From a virus, in IMG/VR virus record IMGVR_UViG_3300045988_089796: a stretch of 36,074 nt of DNA; one strand, 5' to 3'. The stretch's first letter is position 1, and each line of letters starts with the position of its first letter. Below, piece after piece: positions 33,717 through 36,074 of this stretch. The translations under genes and the position numbers were made by a program. The notes beneath the pieces were generated by a model. It was not told the origin of the DNA. It ran no database searches and saw only the letters and a list, made by a program, of their open reading frames with translations.

Positions 33717-33947
33717 TTATTCGAAGAACAATTGATTTATCGTGATACCGTCCAGGAAGTTGTCAGAGACGATTTTAGCTCGCCTGTTGAATTCTTGGAC
33801 AATCTGTTGGATTTCGATTTTTATGTCAGTAGGAGTACTCACAAAGCTGTCGTAGCCATCATTCTCAAGCTCATCACGGATAATGTCGATAAGCTCAAAC
33901 AGCTCCTCTTGAGTTAATTCGGTTATAGAGTGATTGTTGTAGGTCAT
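33717..33947 (-). CDS. Hypothetical acidic protein
   Basis: I favour the start MTYNNHSITELTQEE (ATG at 33947, AAGGGGGAAACT RBS). The track ORF extends to 33998, where there is no SD. Confidence 0.45.
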   Translation of the reverse strand: MTYNNHSITELTQEELFELIDIIRDELENDGYDSFVSTPTDIKIEIQQIVQEFNRRAKIVSDNFLDGITINQLFFE

Positions 33948-34001
33948 AGTTTCCCCCTTGTTATGATTATTTTTTAAGTTGAAGTTTGAGTTTTTCATCG
34001 G

Positions 34002-34319
34002 TTAAATCTCAGCACCGTGTAGGGCGTTTAGAACTTTTTCAAAATCCATCACCAGAATAACGCGTGTTCGTGGATTTTCACTGAAGTAATTGTAAGCCTC
34101 TCGTTCAAGCGTACCCCATTGAGGCAAGTTTTTGCCAGTTGTGAGTTCACGTGTAAAGTCTGAACGTTCGAATTGAGTTGTAAAGATTGGCATTGCACGT
34201 CGCGTAGTGTAGCGACCAGAGCCGGTAGTCCACTCTGAAGCGGTTTTGATGTAACCTGAGCGGGCGAATTCACGGATATTGTCAATGTCGCGTTTAGTGA
34301 TTTTTTTGATAGTTTTCAT
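34002..34319 (-). CDS. Hypothetical protein, the first early gene
   Basis: 105 aa with a GGAGGATAAACG RBS. It is the first ORF behind promoter 34379..34407. Confidence 0.5.
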   Translation of the reverse strand: MKTIKKITKRDIDNIREFARSGYIKTASEWTTGSGRYTTRRAMPIFTTQFERSDFTRELTTGKNLPQWGTLEREAYNYFSENPRTRVILVMDFEKVLNALHGAEI

Positions 34320-34378
34320 TCGTTTATCCTCCGATAGAGTTTAAGTTATTGTGTGGTAACCGTTTTGGTTATGTTCTT

Positions 34379-34407
34379 AGTATACATAACCGTGCTTACG
34401 TTGTCAA
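34379..34407 (-). promoter_or_regulatory. Sigma-70/SigA-type promoter (TTGACA-17-TATACT); candidate early promoter
   Basis: The minus strand reads TTGACAacgtaagcacggttatgTATACT. It lies in the 264-bp gap between the end of the lysis genes and the first early gene. Confidence 0.65.
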
Positions 34408-34583
34408 CGGTTTTATGCTTATTTTTCTAGTTTTTTTCTATATTTTTTAATCTACCCCCGTTAGGGTTGTGGAAAACTCGCCCAAAAAGAAAGAGACACT
34501 CACCAGAAAAAGGGTCTCAGTCTATAGTAGGAAGTGTAGATAAGCTAGGTTACCACAAACTAGCTCTATCCATTTCCATTATA

Positions 34584-34895
34584 CTACACTTTTTTCGCTT
34601 TTCCGTTCTTATAAATCCCGAACATCGTCAACAAGAACAGCCCCGCCGTGGCTAAAGCCCCACTGATAGCGTTAATCTTTACATAAGGCTCATCTGAAAG
34701 AATGGCGATTGCGACCTGTGGTGCGATTGCACTTGCCCCCAGCAAAATGTCGCCGATGATGTAAACTACCAGCTTAGTACGTTTGCTTACACTCGAGACT
34801 AGCTCCTCAGCTACATCCGTATTCGATACTTCAGTTGCCATCTCCAAGCTATTGTCTTTTAGTTCGTTTAGTTTTGCTATGTTTTCGTCAGTCAT
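34584..34895 (-). CDS. Candidate internally initiated holin-like protein (103 aa), in frame with the endolysin
   Basis: The ATG at 34895 follows AAAGAAAGGAAAGTC. The translation is MTDENIAKLNELK...KLVVYIIGDILLGASAIAPQVAIAIL...INAISGALATAGLFLLTMFGIYKNGKAKKV. It has two TM helices and a basic C-terminus, as in class II holins. Confidence 0.45.
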   Translation of the reverse strand: MTDENIAKLNELKDNSLEMATEVSNTDVAEELVSSVSKRTKLVVYIIGDILLGASAIAPQVAIAILSDEPYVKINAISGALATAGLFLLTMFGIYKNGKAKKV

Positions 34896-36074
34896 GACTT
34901 TCCTTTCTTTGTTTGGTTTGTTTTCGCTCGACGCGTTCTGAGGCTCTGTAGGGCGTTCTTTGTCTTCAGACGGTAAATCATTCACCTTTTCATCTTTCGA
35001 CGGCTCTGCGGGCTTAGACGCGGTAATTTGAGCTATATTCTTCAATTCGTCTAACGAAATCTTGATTGTAGAGAAGTCTAAGTTGCCATCGAACCCATCA
35101 ACCTTGCCCTTGTCCGTGAATTGATGTATCAAAGCTCCGTGTGCGTAGTTGTCTTTAGCTCCGTAGTTCGGGTACCAGTCAACGCGTTCTAGTCCTAGCT
35201 TCTTAATGACAGCCTCACCCGCATAAGTGAACACTTGCTTGCCTGTCTTCTGTAAGACAATATTCTTAAATAGCTTTAATTGCTCGACTGTTCCCTCGAA
35301 ATCTGGCTCTAAGTCGACGAATAACAGAGGTGCGTTGACTAATTTTTGAGCCTCCACGAACCTTTCAGCCTCCATCTTGACTTCTTCTTCGGTTGAGAAA
35401 TAAGGTAGCCAGTAAATACCCAGCAGCTTATCACCCGCGGCTTTCGCGAATTTGACCAACTTCGGGTCAATCTTGTTAGCGTCGCCTCCGAACGACTGAC
35501 CGACGTGTCCAGCCTTGATGATAACACCAGCGAACTTATGTAAATGATTTACAATAGCGTCGTCTTGATGATTTGAGATGTCTAAAATCAGTTTGCTGTA
35601 GTCTTGAGTTTCAGGCTTAATTTCTGGTTTCGGGGCTGATTGAGGCGTCAAGTCTGGCAAATCGTGAGTACTCTTGTCTGTAAAGACCTCGGCAGACATA
35701 TACTTACCGCTCCTGCCAGTAACGAACCAGACTTGGTTGCCATCCACAGCCTCGCCGTTAGTAATATAGCCTTTCATCTCAACCGTTGAGCCAGCGTCGA
35801 CTTGTTGGAATATTCCGCTTGAAGTGTTAGCCTCGTCCCTCGCATTCGCTAACACTGCGGTCGTTCTCTCTGTAGGTTTTGCTTCGTCGTAATCTTCAGC
35901 AATTCGTCTTCCATCGCAACAATATGAGAAGCCTAGATAATCTGGTGCATAGTTTCCCATCCAATTCATCAACTCTTCAATGCTGTTATAAATCCCTCTA
36001 GCTCCGCTGTGTACTTCGCTGTCGTGGATTTCAATTGAGCCATCCTCACGCTTTCGCATTAAGAATACGTGTCC
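34584..36074 (-). CDS. Endolysin, 3' segment: SH3-like region, GH25 muramidase domain, Lys/Glu/Pro-rich linker and a C-terminal two-TM holin-like module
   Basis: The frame stays open to the window edge (GHVFL precedes the M of track ORF 34584..36059). The GH25 pattern is LDISNHQDD...GVIIKAGH...KAAGDKLLGIYWLPYF...LLFVDLE...VFTYAG...DWYPNYG...LIHQFTDKGKVDGFDGNLDFSTI. With 1..280, the whole gene encodes about 571 aa. Confidence 0.8.
   Translation of the reverse strand, partial: GHVFLMRKREDGSIEIHDSEVHSGARGIYNSIEELMNWMGNYAPDYLGFSYCCDGRRIAEDYDEAKPTERTTAVLANARDEANTSSGIFQQVDAGSTVEMKGYITNGEAVDGNQVWFVTGRSGKYMSAEVFTDKSTHDLPDLTPQSAPKPEIKPETQDYSKLILDISNHQDDAIVNHLHKFAGVIIKAGHVGQSFGGDANKIDPKLVKFAKAAGDKLLGIYWLPYFSTEEEVKMEAERFVEAQKLVNAPLLFVDLEPDFEGTVEQLKLFKNIVLQKTGKQVFTYAGEAVIKKLGLERVDWYPNYGAKDNYAHGALIHQFTDKGKVDGFDGNLDFSTIKISLDELKNIAQITASKPAEPSKDEKVNDLPSEDKERPTEPQNASSENKPNKERKVMTDENIAKLNELKDNSLEMATEVSNTDVAEELVSSVSKRTKLVVYIIGDILLGASAIAPQVAIAILSDEPYVKINAISGALATAGLFLLTMFGIYKNGKAKKV
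36020..36074. repeat. Terminal 55-bp exact direct repeat, copy 2 (assembly overlap)
   Basis: Identical to bases 1-55. Confidence 0.9.

Noticed and set aside
34420-34583. An intrinsic terminator or attP-like site in the gap after the lysis genes
   Set aside because: The only hairpin is weak: GAGAC...GTCTC at 34493..34518, a 5-bp stem with a 16-nt loop, followed by a T-rich run. There is no integrase to go with any att site, so neither call is supported.
1-36074. CRISPR arrays, rRNA or tRNA genes, a DGR (reverse transcriptase with TR/VR), and transposases
   Set aside because: I saw no spaced direct-repeat arrays, no RNA gene signatures, no reverse-transcriptase-like ORF and no transposase-like ORF on either strand.

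Overview
The window is a complete, circularly closed genome of about 36,019 bp from a tailed dsDNA phage with siphovirus-type, HK97-like structural genes. Bases 1-55 are identical to 36020-36074, and the endolysin gene runs across that junction. Strong AGGAGG-type ribosome-binding sites suggest a Firmicutes-like host. Every convincing gene is on the minus strand except one start-less cassette at 706..1095. Reading in the direction of transcription (descending coordinates), the order is as follows. (1) Small early genes sit behind a consensus promoter at 34379..34407. (2) A replication and recombination block holds a wHTH initiator, RecT, a PD-(D/E)XK exonuclease, an AAA+ ATPase with a partner protein, and a NinG/Rap-like nuclease. 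(3) A candidate modification cluster holds a GT-A glycosyltransferase, a GNAT, an IbrA-like PAPS reductase and two ParB-like proteins. (4) The packaging and head genes are TerS, TerL, a portal-MuF fusion, a protease-scaffold fusion and the major capsid protein. (5) The tail genes are connector proteins, the major tail protein, a chaperone with a -1 frameshift, the tape measure, Dit, Tal, three paralogous distal-tail proteins and the tail fibre. (6) The lysis genes are an XhlA-like protein and a multidomain endolysin with an in-frame holin-like tail. I found no integrase, repressor, tRNA or CRISPR array. Two observations stand out. First, the NinG/Rap-like gene is fractured: a naturally split intein (IntN about 96 aa, IntC about 33 aa) has its halves separated by a free-standing HNH homing endonuclease gene. 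Second, a 750-bp segment bounded by perfect 21-bp in-frame inverted repeats would swap the tail-fibre C-terminus between two unrelated receptor-binding domains, yet the genome encodes no invertase. All protein-family assignments come from motif recognition by eye, not from database searches.
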